A DNA stretch of 64,000 bases from Thalia democratica (lineage: Eukaryota), in NCBI GenBank assembly GCA_965202585.1, contig OZ241830.1, forward strand, positions 19,282,001 to 19,346,000, in the 5' to 3' direction. The position numbers and the translations under genes were made by a program. A model generated the notes under the pieces. That model was not told the DNA's origin and made no database searches. It saw only the letters and a program-made list of their open reading frames with translations. How positions within the stretch are numbered: the first letter of the stretch is position 1; every line of letters begins with the position of its first letter. Shown piece after piece: positions 49,923-61,145 of the stretch.

Positions 49923-50100
49923 AATTGGTATGAACAACCATATCTTAAACTTGAGCTTGTATCACGGCACACGAAAGTCAAGGCTTTCTAATGCCTGGAC
50001 GTTCTGCACTCTTTCGCCAATGTTTTTATTGGTTTTATTTTCAATAAGTTACTTAAAATTTCAAAGTTTTCCGTTAGAAGCTTTTGATAAATTTTGCACT
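49923..50100 (+). pseudogene. Third, inverted fragment of the same unknown gene (5' part)
   Basis: 49923-50048 is about 70% identical to rc 49603-49715; reads IGMNN(fs)LKLELVSRHTKVKAF*CLDVLHSFANVFIGFIFNKLLKIS. Confidence 0.45.
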
Positions 50101-52329
50101 AGTGTGCGTAATTGTTCTAATTAACATAAGGAAAAGAGGTCATAGGGTTGCCACTTTTTCAGTCAAAAAACTGCCTTAAGTGATCCATTTTTAAAATTCT
50201 CGAAAAAAAGTTAATTAAATATAATATGTGAAACTTTTACATTTTTAAACTGTTTCTGTTTAGTATAAACTGAAATCATGATAAATACTAGTTTTAGATA
50301 CAAAACAAAAACTAGAATTTTATTTTTTAGAATAGCAGCAAGGTTGAAAAAATTATAAAGAAAAATTTCTAAATAGATAAAAGTTATAATCTAGAACAAA
50401 ATTTGTTATATATAGTAACAAAATATTGAAACTAAATCACATTTTAAATTTTTAAAAAATATACTATGATACTTTTTCAAAAGCTTAAAACTATTGTGAG
50501 TCAACCTGAGTTTTAAAAAAATATTATGATTATTCCGTGTTACCCTGAATCTCCCTGAGATTTTCTGAAATTTCGAAATTTCCTGTGTTTATATTGAATT
50601 ACATAAATGAAAAACCCTGTACTATCTTTTGTACATAAAGTTTTAGATTACAAATAATCTCTTAGTAACGTAATAATATTTAAAGTTTTTTGCATAATTT
50701 AATATAGATTTTGATTGAGTGAAACATTTGTATCAGTAGATCATAGCGTCGTATAAATATATAAAGAACGTATACATATTCAAATTTGCTATTGTTGATA
50801 TTAATTTTTATAGGAAACAAGTTTGTTTGAGTATATAATACTAACAACAAACTTTTGAATACATTTCTTCATTTAACTGACATTTGTTTATTGTGCTGTA
50901 TAGTTAACATAGTTCCACGAAATTCTGTAAAAAATTACAGACTGCGGAAGAGAAAAGGTAATAAATATGTAAAATCACTAAAACAAAAGACATAATTGTT
51001 ATGGATCAATTTCTTATAGCAGGTAAAATATGTGTTAATCAATCACATCTTAAAATTGAGCAAATCAATAAGCAGTAATTTTTAAGTACAGTATCGTGAC
51101 GTAAACTATCATCCGAAAATTATATTACTAAACTACTGTTTTACTTTATACTTTAATCACTTTGTGAAACTTTTAAAGTTTTTCTTAATTGTTTATTAAA
51201 TTATAGATACTTCACTTTTATTATAGTTTTTCTTTTTTCTTTTTATCAATATACTAATTTATTTATATTACTTCTAGCTTATATAATTTTTTTTTACTAT
51301 AAGTTATTATTTTACTAGTATTGAGTAATAAATGCAACTTTTAAAAGTGTTTCTATTAGGTTGTATTAAATGATCAAAATATAACTTTTCAAAGTTCTAC
51401 AGTTTAAAAAAGTATATGGATACTTATTGGTTTACTTTACTTTACAATATAAATTGTTAAAATGTATTAATGTACTACTATTTTTAATCTATAATAGTTG
51501 TTGATTATATTTAATTAATATACACATCAGTTTTCTGTTATTTTTTCAGCATAAATTTAAAAAATTAATTCAGTGCAACTGTGTTATCTATTTAACACAC
51601 ATATGTCAATTAAATTAAAGAATAAAACTGCGCAAATTGTTGTTAATGTTATATATTTATAGAATATAAATCAAATAAATTATTTTAGAAAAAAGCTGCA
51701 CCCAAAGTATGTACTTGTTTTTTAATGTCTTTTTAAATATTTGAAATCACTTACTTTGAATAGTTATGATTTTGTTCATAAGTTTAAAGCTAAATAACAG
51801 GAAATTATGTAAGTAATTCATGTACGTAATTTATTTTTAGGTTATAAGTTTCAAATAACAGTACAACAATTCATGTATTTTAAATAGCCAGTGCGATCTC
51901 AACGTTTTTAAGACAGAGCAAACTCACTAAAACATTTAAACAATTCTTAGTTTAGTCAATGAACTGATTATTTAATTTTAGCAATAGTTTGTTTTGTTTA
52001 ATATGAAGTTTTAATAAATAGTTAGGGTATAAAAATTTTAAATAACACATGACTTAAATATCTTCCTTTAGATCTATTTGTACTTATGTTCTTTTTAAGC
52101 GTTACTTTGCTGCGAAAAATTATTTTGATAAAAAACATAAATCATAAAAGTTTTAATTAAGTTAATTTAAACTATAAAACTTAAAAGTTTGTAAAACACA
52201 TTTAAAATTTCTGACATTTTAACTTAATACTTGTTATTGTGTACTGATTGAAAATTTCTAATAGTTTTAGATATATATAATTTTACATACAAAAAAACCT
52301 ATATTTCTTTAAGCTGATTGTTTTTTAAT

Positions 52330-53796
52330 ATGAATTTAAGAAGTGCCAGAAAAAAAAACAGTGTTGTTTTTTATCGCAATGATGAGCTACTAATAGAAGT
52401 TGATAAGCGAAAGCTGCTTAACATATCTGGTTACTTTCACTCGATGTTTAAAGAATGTTACAGAGATCACAAGTGTGACTTGATTGATATTTATTTTCCT
52501 GGAAAAGAAGAAATGTTCGATAAGGTAATGCAACTGATTAGCAGTGGCAGTATCACCCTTGATATTGACTCAATATTTGAAACATATCACCTTGCCGAGT
52601 TTTTACAAATAGACTGCCTCCAAAAGTTTTGTCTTGACCATTTTACTCTCAACCTAAACCGAAAAACTTTGCAGTCACATTTGGGTCTGAGCGCAAAATT
52701 TCCTCACTTGTGTTTGAGAGAATTCGAAAAGAGAGCTTCGACGTTTATAGCGACTGGCAACGTGTCGTTTTCAGGCTTGTATTTTCTGCAAGAAAACACG
52801 GAAGGGACATGCTTGGTAAACAAATCTAAGCATTCGGAATCTGCCCACATTGTTAGGCAGTTTAGATTGATAAAATATTTCGGCGAGCTGCACTACGTTG
52901 ACAAAATGCTGTGCTCGTTTGCTTCTGTGAATCGCGTTTGTTTTATATTTCAGTGCGATCTTTTGTCGGGATTTTTGTACAGATATGTGCTTGAAGGTGT
53001 GAAAAAAATTGAAGACAGCAAGTCGTATGTTTGCACTGACGGAAAAAACCTGTACCTGTTTAACGAGAATGGTGAGAAAGATTTCACCTTGAGTTTGTCG
53101 TTACTTCGCAGGAAAGAAAATAGAGGCTGCTTGAAAGTTTGTAAAACCGAAACTTTTAGCCTTTCTAAATTACCCGGAACACGAGTTGTCCGCAGATCAT
53201 CGAGGTGGAAAACAATGCTTTTCACGCATTGCCACGACGATAAACTGTACGTTTTTTACTGCATGCCCGAAAGATCGCGCCAAGCAATCTACACCTTTAA
53301 AAACACGTGTTTGTTGGTACTTTGCAGCAAAACCCTTCGAATTTTGAAACACCGAAAGGTGTGCGATAAAAACGTGAGGTACGAACGGTGCTTTCACGAG
53401 CTGAAAAAACTCGAAATGCTGTCATTCAGCAAGCTATTTTACAGCGAAAAGCACGAAAAGCTCTACATCAAAACCCACTGCAGGGAATGGAACTTTCAAT
53501 GGAGTGACAAAGTGCTCGTGTTCGATATGAAGCGCGATTTGTTCTACTTTGACGAGAACATTCTGCCCTTGTGCCCACCTAACAGAAGCGACAGGGGAGT
53601 GTTTGCTACTTGCAAGGACGGTAAAGTGCACGTGGTAAGCTCATATAGTTCTAATTACAATGGGACCTGCAGCGAAATCAGAGTGTTTAAGTTTGATGAA
53701 AATGAAAGGTTAGTAATTGACGGCGCTGTATGGAAAAGTATGAGATTTCCGAATTCAAGTGGTTATGGGAAAGTTTTGTCTGCATGCTTTGTATAG
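52330..53796 (+). CDS. Intronless BTB/POZ-domain protein (488 aa) with unrecognised beta-rich C-terminal region; probable Cullin-3 adaptor
   Basis: First ATG at 52330 (the track starts at an upstream TTG). BTB signature KRKLLNISGYFHSMFKE...FDKVMQLISSGSI...HLAEFLQIDCLQKFC; no GG-Y-W kelch repeats recognised. Confidence 0.85.
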   Translation: MNLRSARKKNSVVFYRNDELLIEVDKRKLLNISGYFHSMFKECYRDHKCDLIDIYFPGKEEMFDKVMQLISSGSITLDIDSIFETYHLAEFLQIDCLQKFCLDHFTLNLNRKTLQSHLGLSAKFPHLCLREFEKRASTFIATGNVSFSGLYFLQENTEGTCLVNKSKHSESAHIVRQFRLIKYFGELHYVDKMLCSFASVNRVCFIFQCDLLSGFLYRYVLEGVKKIEDSKSYVCTDGKNLYLFNENGEKDFTLSLSLLRRKENRGCLKVCKTETFSLSKLPGTRVVRRSSRWKTMLFTHCHDDKLYVFYCMPERSRQAIYTFKNTCLLVLCSKTLRILKHRKVCDKNVRYERCFHELKKLEMLSFSKLFYSEKHEKLYIKTHCREWNFQWSDKVLVFDMKRDLFYFDENILPLCPPNRSDRGVFATCKDGKVHVVSSYSSNYNGTCSEIRVFKFDENERLVIDGAVWKSMRFPNSSGYGKVLSACFV

Positions 53797-55159
53797 AAAC
53801 AAGCTTGACCAATTCGTATGTTATGAAGAATAAAAGCATAAAAGTCATCTTTTTTTATGTGAATTATTTCTTTAAATTAGTTAATTTCAAGTTATAAAAT
53901 AAACAACTAACTAAATAAAAGTTGCAAGTTGTTCTTAAAAAGTATTATAATTTTAAAACGTTTAAGTATGTATTATGATTTTGTATGAGTTAATTTCAAC
54001 TGATTATTATTTACTCTTTTATAATTTTCTTATAGATCAAATTTTAGTGCCTAAAAGGTTTCATATAACTTTTTATTTGCTTTTTATCTATAAATAAATT
54101 GTAGCATTTTTTTCAAATCTACTTGAAAAAATGCAAATATTGTAATTCCTTTTAAAGATATAAAGCTTTATCTATAAAATTAAAAAAAAAATAGTTGCTC
54201 ACAGGCTAAAAACCATTTAAATTAAATGAAAACTAACAACATTATAGTAAAATAATAATTCAAAAACTACTTTTTTACCTGAAAACTTTTTCAAAATTAG
54301 GTAAAAAGTAGTTTTTAAAACTTAAATGAAAACTTAAAGTTGCGAGCTTAAATACCTTTGTTTTAACTTGAACTAAATTGAAGTCTTATTAGATTTCAAG
54401 TACATGAAAAACTTATTCTTTAAATCTGGTTTATAAGGCTGTAAATGGTGATCAGTCGAATTTAAATGAAGCAAATTAAATTCTAAATATGTTACGGTTA
54501 GAAATATATAGGTAGACTAAATTTTTGACCTGGAATTTTTAGTAGAACTATAGAAGCATAAAATATTTTCTTTATTCTACGACTAAAGACTATTTAAATT
54601 AATTTTGTTATTAATGATCAAATGAAGGTTAATTTTCTAGATTTTCAGACTTGTTTACAGTCTGATTTAAGTATGTTAAGTATTTTACCATCTATGCACA
54701 AAGCATTCATTACTTCTATTTACAAATAGAAAAATTCAATAAGTTTTTTAGCTTTTTATTCCATGAAATTCAACATTCATAAAACATAAAGTAGTGATTT
54801 ATTTAGTTTAATGGCTAAAATTAATACAACCTGTATTTTCCAATTGTATAACTAGTACACAATTAAAATTAAGAAAGCTTTTGTATTCAGCTTCATTTGG
54901 TTTAAGCACAATATGGAATTCATTTAAACGGAAGAAAGGGGGACAAAAATATTAACACTTCTAATAGTTCAACAATCTTTTTATAAAGCCGATATCATTC
55001 TTTGCTCAAAATAAGATACACTTTTATAAATTAAAATTATACATAAAATATTTACTAGCATTAATAACTCGCGAATATTTTAGTTTAGATCACATAAAAC
55101 TAATTAACTTGAATACGATCATTTTATACTCAATCATGTTAGACTTTATTATAATAAAC

Positions 55160-55390
55160 TCAATCATTCTAAGCAAAATCGTATTAAACTCGACCCATTT
55201 AATTCAACAATTTAAACTCAATCATTATAAACTCGATCATTTTAAATTTGATAATTTTTAACTTTAGCATTTCAAAGTTGATAATTTTTAACTCCAGCAC
55301 TTTTAACTTGGTCGTACTGTAATCGACCATTTTAAGTTGTTCAGTTAAAACTCGTTTATTTCAATCTTAATCAGTTTAAACTCAATAACT
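55160..55390. repeat. Degenerate 15-bp minisatellite (aaactcgatcatttt)n
   Basis: Recurring aaactc(g/a)atcatt at about 15-nt spacing. Confidence 0.65.
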
Positions 55391-57150
55391 TCAAGCTTTT
55401 TATTGTTGTATTATATAATTATAATAAGCAAAAATCACTAGTTCTCTCAATCAGATTAAACCATTTTAATAAGAAAACGATCTAAAAGTTCTTCTTATTT
55501 AATGTCATTTGTGCAAGAAATTTTAATCTTATAAATTAAAAAAACTAAAGTTTGCTGAAAACGCACAACATTTTTTCTATAATATTTAGATTAAACGTTT
55601 TGAAGAAAAAGTGCTATAAATTCTCTAATTTTATTGAAAAAAAAACTTCGCTAGCCTTTAGTTATAGCTTTTAAGCACTATCAATTTTAAGATACTACGT
55701 AGAATAAAAAAGTTTTAGATATTTAAAGTATTCATATATTAAACATTAATTTTAAGTTTAAAAGGTATCCGTATTAGACGTTAATCAAACCAAAAGTTTC
55801 GAAACTATCAAAATGTTTTTTATAAAGATACTTAAAAACACCTGAAACTTATTATTTTGATGCTAATTTTACTGTAACTGTTTTAAAATCAAGAAACTCT
55901 ATGAGCTACTGCTAAAACAAGTAAGTTGACTTAAACGATAAAAAATGTATAGAGATAACTTTTTGATAAATTACAACTTAATAGTGTCATATTTTAATGC
56001 TTAAGAAATAATTAAATGTGTTTGTTATATAAATAAGATTTATATCTAGTTGTGTTTTCTTCAAAACGTTTAACCTATATATTATAAAAAAAATGTTGTG
56101 CGTTTTCAGCAAACTTTTGTTTTTATTAGTTTATAAAACTAATATTTCTTGCACAAATGACATTAAATAAGAAGAATTTTTAGATCGTTGTAAATAGAGT
56201 TTTAAAAGAAAACAAATTATGTTAAAAAAGAACATAAAAGTATAAAGGTAAACAAGTTTTTATAATTAAGTTATAAACGTTACAAAGCTAGTTTAACACA
56301 GTTCATCAATTTAATCTTTTGTACTTTTTCGTAAAAAGTTAAGATAGATACGTTTCTGTACAAAAGAAAATTCTTACATATTTTATATAGAAACTTACAG
56401 CATAAGATGAGAAAAGCTAATAAAATTTTAATAAATTAGAAAATGTAAAAATAAAACTTAAGTTAATTGCTTAGTTTATTACATCAAGTTTGTGTAACAA
56501 GAAGCAAGTAGTCAATATTTTGACCCTGTTTTATATAATAATTTACAAAAGATCATAATATATTGTTTTTATTAAAATAAAAGTGCGCAAATCAATATTT
56601 CTCTATGAACTTAAGTATTTTAAAACATATAGTCGTGTAACTTTCATAGCCTGTTTATTTGTAAAAATCTTTGTTTTCACTTTTTAAAATATTTCTTTTT
56701 AAATTTAAAACAGTTAATAATTTTTTTAAATTATATAAACATTCGGGTTAGTTTTGATCAAACTTATAAATTTTATTCATTTTAAATTGCTTAAAAGCAT
56801 TTTTATTTAATAGTTTTAGTTTATAATAATTGTTCATGAAAACTATATTATTTCTTTTTAATCAAACAGAGTTATCAAATTTCTTTTTTAAATTTTATCA
56901 TTAAGAACAGTTTAGTATTTCTCAAAAATAGGATTTGATAAATAAAATTTTACAATAACTAGACTAGATTAATTAAATTTGTTCTAAAGTAGAACTAAAC
57001 TTACCTATATTTCATTTTAAACTAATTGAACTTTAAAATTTAACTTTTGTAAACAACATATTAATTATAACTCATATTCTAAATTTTAATTTTTTTTTTC
57101 TATGTGTATTTTCATTTTCCAATTCATCGCTCTGTATATTTTTGTTTTCA

Positions 57151-57204
57151 GCTTTTTTCGTCTGATGAACTGCTCTGCAGGGAAACGGCGTAACGCAATA
57201 AAAG
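57151..57204 (+). ncRNA. Stand-alone minimal hammerhead ribozyme core
   Basis: cgt-CTGATGA-a ctgc tct gcag g-GAAA-CGGCGT-A-acg: core boxes, 4-bp helix II, near-palindromic ACGGCGT helix III, GUA triplet, helix I cgt/acg extending into tttttt/aataaaag. Confidence 0.7.
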
Positions 57205-59792
57205 TTTAACAATAAATTCATGTAGAACTAAACTGCTTACAAGTAAATAAAAAAAATATATATTTTAGTTTCCATTTAGAGGTAAATTTTATTTAACATA
57301 TACAAATATTCAAAGCCTTTTTATCAAAATTTCTAATAAGAGAGCTTTTTCACATTAGTAAAAATATTTATTTTTTGAAATGCTTAGACTTGTTTGAGTT
57401 TGTTTGACAATTTTTTTCTAAACTTAGGCTTGCTTAAAGTTCTATTTAAAAAACTATGGATAAATTGTATCTATTTCCTAAATATCTATATCTGAAAGTA
57501 CTTTTAATTAAAACTTTATTATTATAACAATGAAATTTTAGTTGTTTAAAATATAATTTTCAGGTTTATACTCAAAGTTAGTTTGTAGTTATTTGTTTTG
57601 GGAAAAAGGAGTTAAAGCTTGAGTCAAGCAGACATTGACTATTTTAATATTCAGTCAAGTGTTTTACAAAGTTTAAATTGAAGATACTGTTTTCAAAATT
57701 AATTTTCTTTTTCTCTTTGTTAACTATTTCAGAATTTGTGTTAGATAAAATAAAATTAGTTTTTGTTATTTTTAAATATAAAATCATTCAAATACTTCAT
57801 AATCGTTAACATTAAATGTCTTAAAACAACTACACAAAATCAAAGTTTTTCTTTAGAAATATTATTTTTTAATATTTTCTTAGTATTTCTTTTAGTTGAA
57901 CTTGTATAGTTGCACTAGTAAATATTTATAAAACATTAATTTAATCTCAGTAAGACAAGTTGATTGAAAACTTAAAGCTTTAGAATTTTTCACATTACAT
58001 TTTTAATGTAGATAGGCTTTTAACTATTGTTTCTTAAAGCTCAAAACGTTTTTTATTAAAACATACAAAAGCTTTTTTAAGTTTATTTTTAAATTTTTTC
58101 TTTATGTGCCTGGGAAGGATTAGGTGAGATTTGCAATCGGTTATTATAAAAAATTCTTAACCCTAATAATACCTTTAAAGATTAAAAGCTAAAATTGAAA
58201 TCTTGCTTTAAAATCAATTTCGACTATTAAAATAGATTATACAAAATCAAACCAAAAAAAAACTAGTGTTGTTGTTAAGAACTTTTTACATTTTGTATTA
58301 GGAAATAATTATAAAAACATTAATAAGTAATATGTAGGTAGGCAATTTAGTTAGTGTTGTGTAGTTAAAACAGGTCTTAATTGTAAGGTTCTATTTTTTT
58401 ATTAATTGGTAGTTTTTAACTAAAGAGATTACAAAAAATATATTTTTATCAAACACTTAGTTTTATACTATTAGTTCATATAAAAGTCAGGTAGCTTGTC
58501 AACCATACCATGCCTAGATACTAATGTTTATAAAACTAACACAAGATAGGTTTCTTTCTTCTAGGAAGTTTTCAAAGTAACCATTGTTAAAATAAAATAC
58601 TTTATCCGCAATTTTAGTTTTATGTTTGCTCTTACAAACTTTTTATGTGTCTACTATTATTATCAATCTATAAGTTTTATAAAATTCAAGAAAATTCGAA
58701 ATTGTTATCACCAGTAAAAACAAATATTTTCTTAAATTTTCTATAGCTACGTCATAACTCAAATTAGAAAAAAAAAACTTAAACCTCTTGTGCTACACAA
58801 GTTTACTTTAACAATCTTTACTTTAAAAACTTTAAAAAAGAAAGAAACCTGCATATAAGTTTTTATTATTGTTCTTTTACATAATTTTTTGATTAACATC
58901 TTAGTTTTGATACATAACCCTAAAAAATCTAAACTGTAAGATGCATTAAACCGTAAGATAAAAATTTAGTCAGTTTTGTTTTATAAGTTAAGATTTATTC
59001 TTTTGTAACGATTATTTGTTTTAATTCTCTTTTTAACAATGTTTCCATTACTACCATATCTCTTTCTATATTTTTACAAAAAAAAAAAAAAACATTGAAG
59101 AGGTTTTTGACAGAAACTATTCTGCTTTAGAATATCTTGAAAGTATTTGATAAGTGTTATATATATGTGAAAAAAACAACTTAATACAACTAGTAAAACA
59201 CTATTTATTTTCAATATGGGTCTTCAAAATCTAAAACAGGCTTAAACTGCTACATTAACAGATATTATCCATAAACATGTTCATTTAAGTTTTCGAAAAA
59301 ATAGGTGTGACAACCACAAAAAATTGTTAAGCAATTTGAGAAAAGATTTCGAGACGTTGTTTACAACGATGTTTGTAAAAATTTCAGAAAACGCTTTATT
59401 TAGTGTAATGATTTTAATGCGTTTTGACAGAAAAAGTTATTTATAAGCTTTAACAACATAATCAATCGTTCAAATTACATATCAGTTGTTTTCGATGTAT
59501 AATAAATGCACAAAGTATTTATCGCTAAATAAAAATTTTAATTTTTGTTAACTAAGATTCACCATTAAAGAAAAAAAAATATTAAGTTAATTACTATTAT
59601 ATTATATTTTTTTTAAATAGACGCAGAAAAAAAAAACTTTAATTTTGAAACCAATTTTAAACAGCTATAAAAAAACATAGTTTATAATCGAGAAGTCTGT
59701 GGAGTAACAATATAACAAACACTTTACAACTCAAAATTATTTTCCTATTACTAAATTAGAGCGTAAGTTCTACAAAGTTCTCACTAGTTTTG

Positions 59793-61145
59793 TCAACAGC
59801 AAATATGACGACAATTTGGGCACTGAAATTTTGCTGTTTCCGGAACGTCTTCTTCTATGTCGTACTCCGGAAATTCGAAATCTGAACTATCATAACTTCT
59901 ATCAACTACATCGTTTTCATCAACTAAATCTTCAGACTCTGATTCGTAAATTGATCTATCCGATGCAGGAATTTCTAAATCTAAATCTTCCGACCTACTC
60001 AGGTTTAACTCATCCGAGCTTACTAAACTGTAAGAGTGATTTGTTTCTGATTCATCAGAGCTACTAGTTTCTGAAATTACAGAACTATTAGATTCCGAAT
60101 CGTCAGAGCTACTAGATTCTGATTTTGCATATTTAGAACAAGATACTAAAGAATTGTCAGTATTATCTACATCCATACGTTCTTCTGCGTAGTCTGACTT
60201 TTTGAAATCATGAAGTTCTTGTTGTCCGTAAACATAATCAAATGCAAACGGGTTGGGTAGACATAGACCTTGCTCATTGTAGTCTGTATTTTTAGCAACA
60301 AGTGTACTAAAAGGTGGAAGTCTCTCATCTTCTTCTGTTATGAACTCACTGGTCGGCGCTTTCAACCATTTTTGAATGCAGCTTTTGTGAAAAACATGGT
60401 TGCACGGCATTCGACACAGTTTTTGACGAACTCTAAACATTTGCTGACAAATACTGCATTGCTTTTCAGCGATGGACTTTTTAGTTGTTTTGTTGAGCTT
60501 GAACGAAAGCTCTTCAATTCGTTCAGCAGATACAACTTTTTCCATGAAGTCTCGAGTTCTTCTCGTAATCTTTTCCTTGAGATCTGCATACGAACACTTA
60601 CTGCGGTTTAATTTTTGATAAACAAGAAAAGGTACATTTTGAAAGTTTAGAGTTTGTTCAATGGTAATGTCTGCAAATGGTCTTTTAAAAATTTTTTCAA
60701 GAAGAACGACATATCCACATGGTTTTAAATGAAAATTAGTGAAACCCTCTACTGTCAACTTCGCACTACTTATTTGATCTTTTACTAAACAAAACATATT
60801 CAATGAATTAAAGTTAACAAAATCATCAGCAGAAGAAAAGCTTTCAATTTGAAATTGAAGAAAATCTTCGCTATCTACTTTTATTGTATAGTGACCGATG
60901 GAAACGAAGTTTTCGTGCTGCTTGACAAAATCAAACATGTCTTGTCTTACTTCTTTAAATTTACTTTCGTTTAAATCTTTATCAGTTGAATCTTTAAAAT
61001 GTTCACTAGATATATTACATAAGAACCTAAAGTAACAATCTACAACATCTGAAACCACGTCTTTGAGAATTTCCATGTGTTTCATGTACACCAAACTCTC
61101 TTTGGTTATAGTTTCTTTCTTGTTGTATAAAGATAACATACTCAT
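59793..61145 (-). CDS. RING-H2 zinc-finger protein (450 aa), putative E3 ligase with split RING
   Basis: 1353-nt ORF; CSIC...CNHVFHKSC-IQKWL, then a Ser/Asp/Glu-rich tract, then CPNC at the C-terminus; acceptor-like ttttttctcag about 30 nt upstream of the ATG (AG at 61175-61174). Confidence 0.85.
   Translation of the reverse strand: MSMLSLYNKKETITKESLVYMKHMEILKDVVSDVVDCYFRFLCNISSEHFKDSTDKDLNESKFKEVRQDMFDFVKQHENFVSIGHYTIKVDSEDFLQFQIESFSSADDFVNFNSLNMFCLVKDQISSAKLTVEGFTNFHLKPCGYVVLLEKIFKRPFADITIEQTLNFQNVPFLVYQKLNRSKCSYADLKEKITRRTRDFMEKVVSAERIEELSFKLNKTTKKSIAEKQCSICQQMFRVRQKLCRMPCNHVFHKSCIQKWLKAPTSEFITEEDERLPPFSTLVAKNTDYNEQGLCLPNPFAFDYVYGQQELHDFKKSDYAEERMDVDNTDNSLVSCSKYAKSESSSSDDSESNSSVISETSSSDESETNHSYSLVSSDELNLSRSEDLDLEIPASDRSIYESESEDLVDENDVVDRSYDSSDFEFPEYDIEEDVPETAKFQCPNCRHICC

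Noticed and set aside
52950-53631. Minus-strand ORFs over the BTB gene; also plus-strand ORFs 59816-60611 over the RING gene
   Set aside because: Antisense shadows of real CDSs.
2454-53796. A plus BTB pseudogene as a simple inverted duplicate of B/C plus BTB
   Set aside because: Order differs: BTB is upstream of FReD in the minus block but downstream in the plus block.
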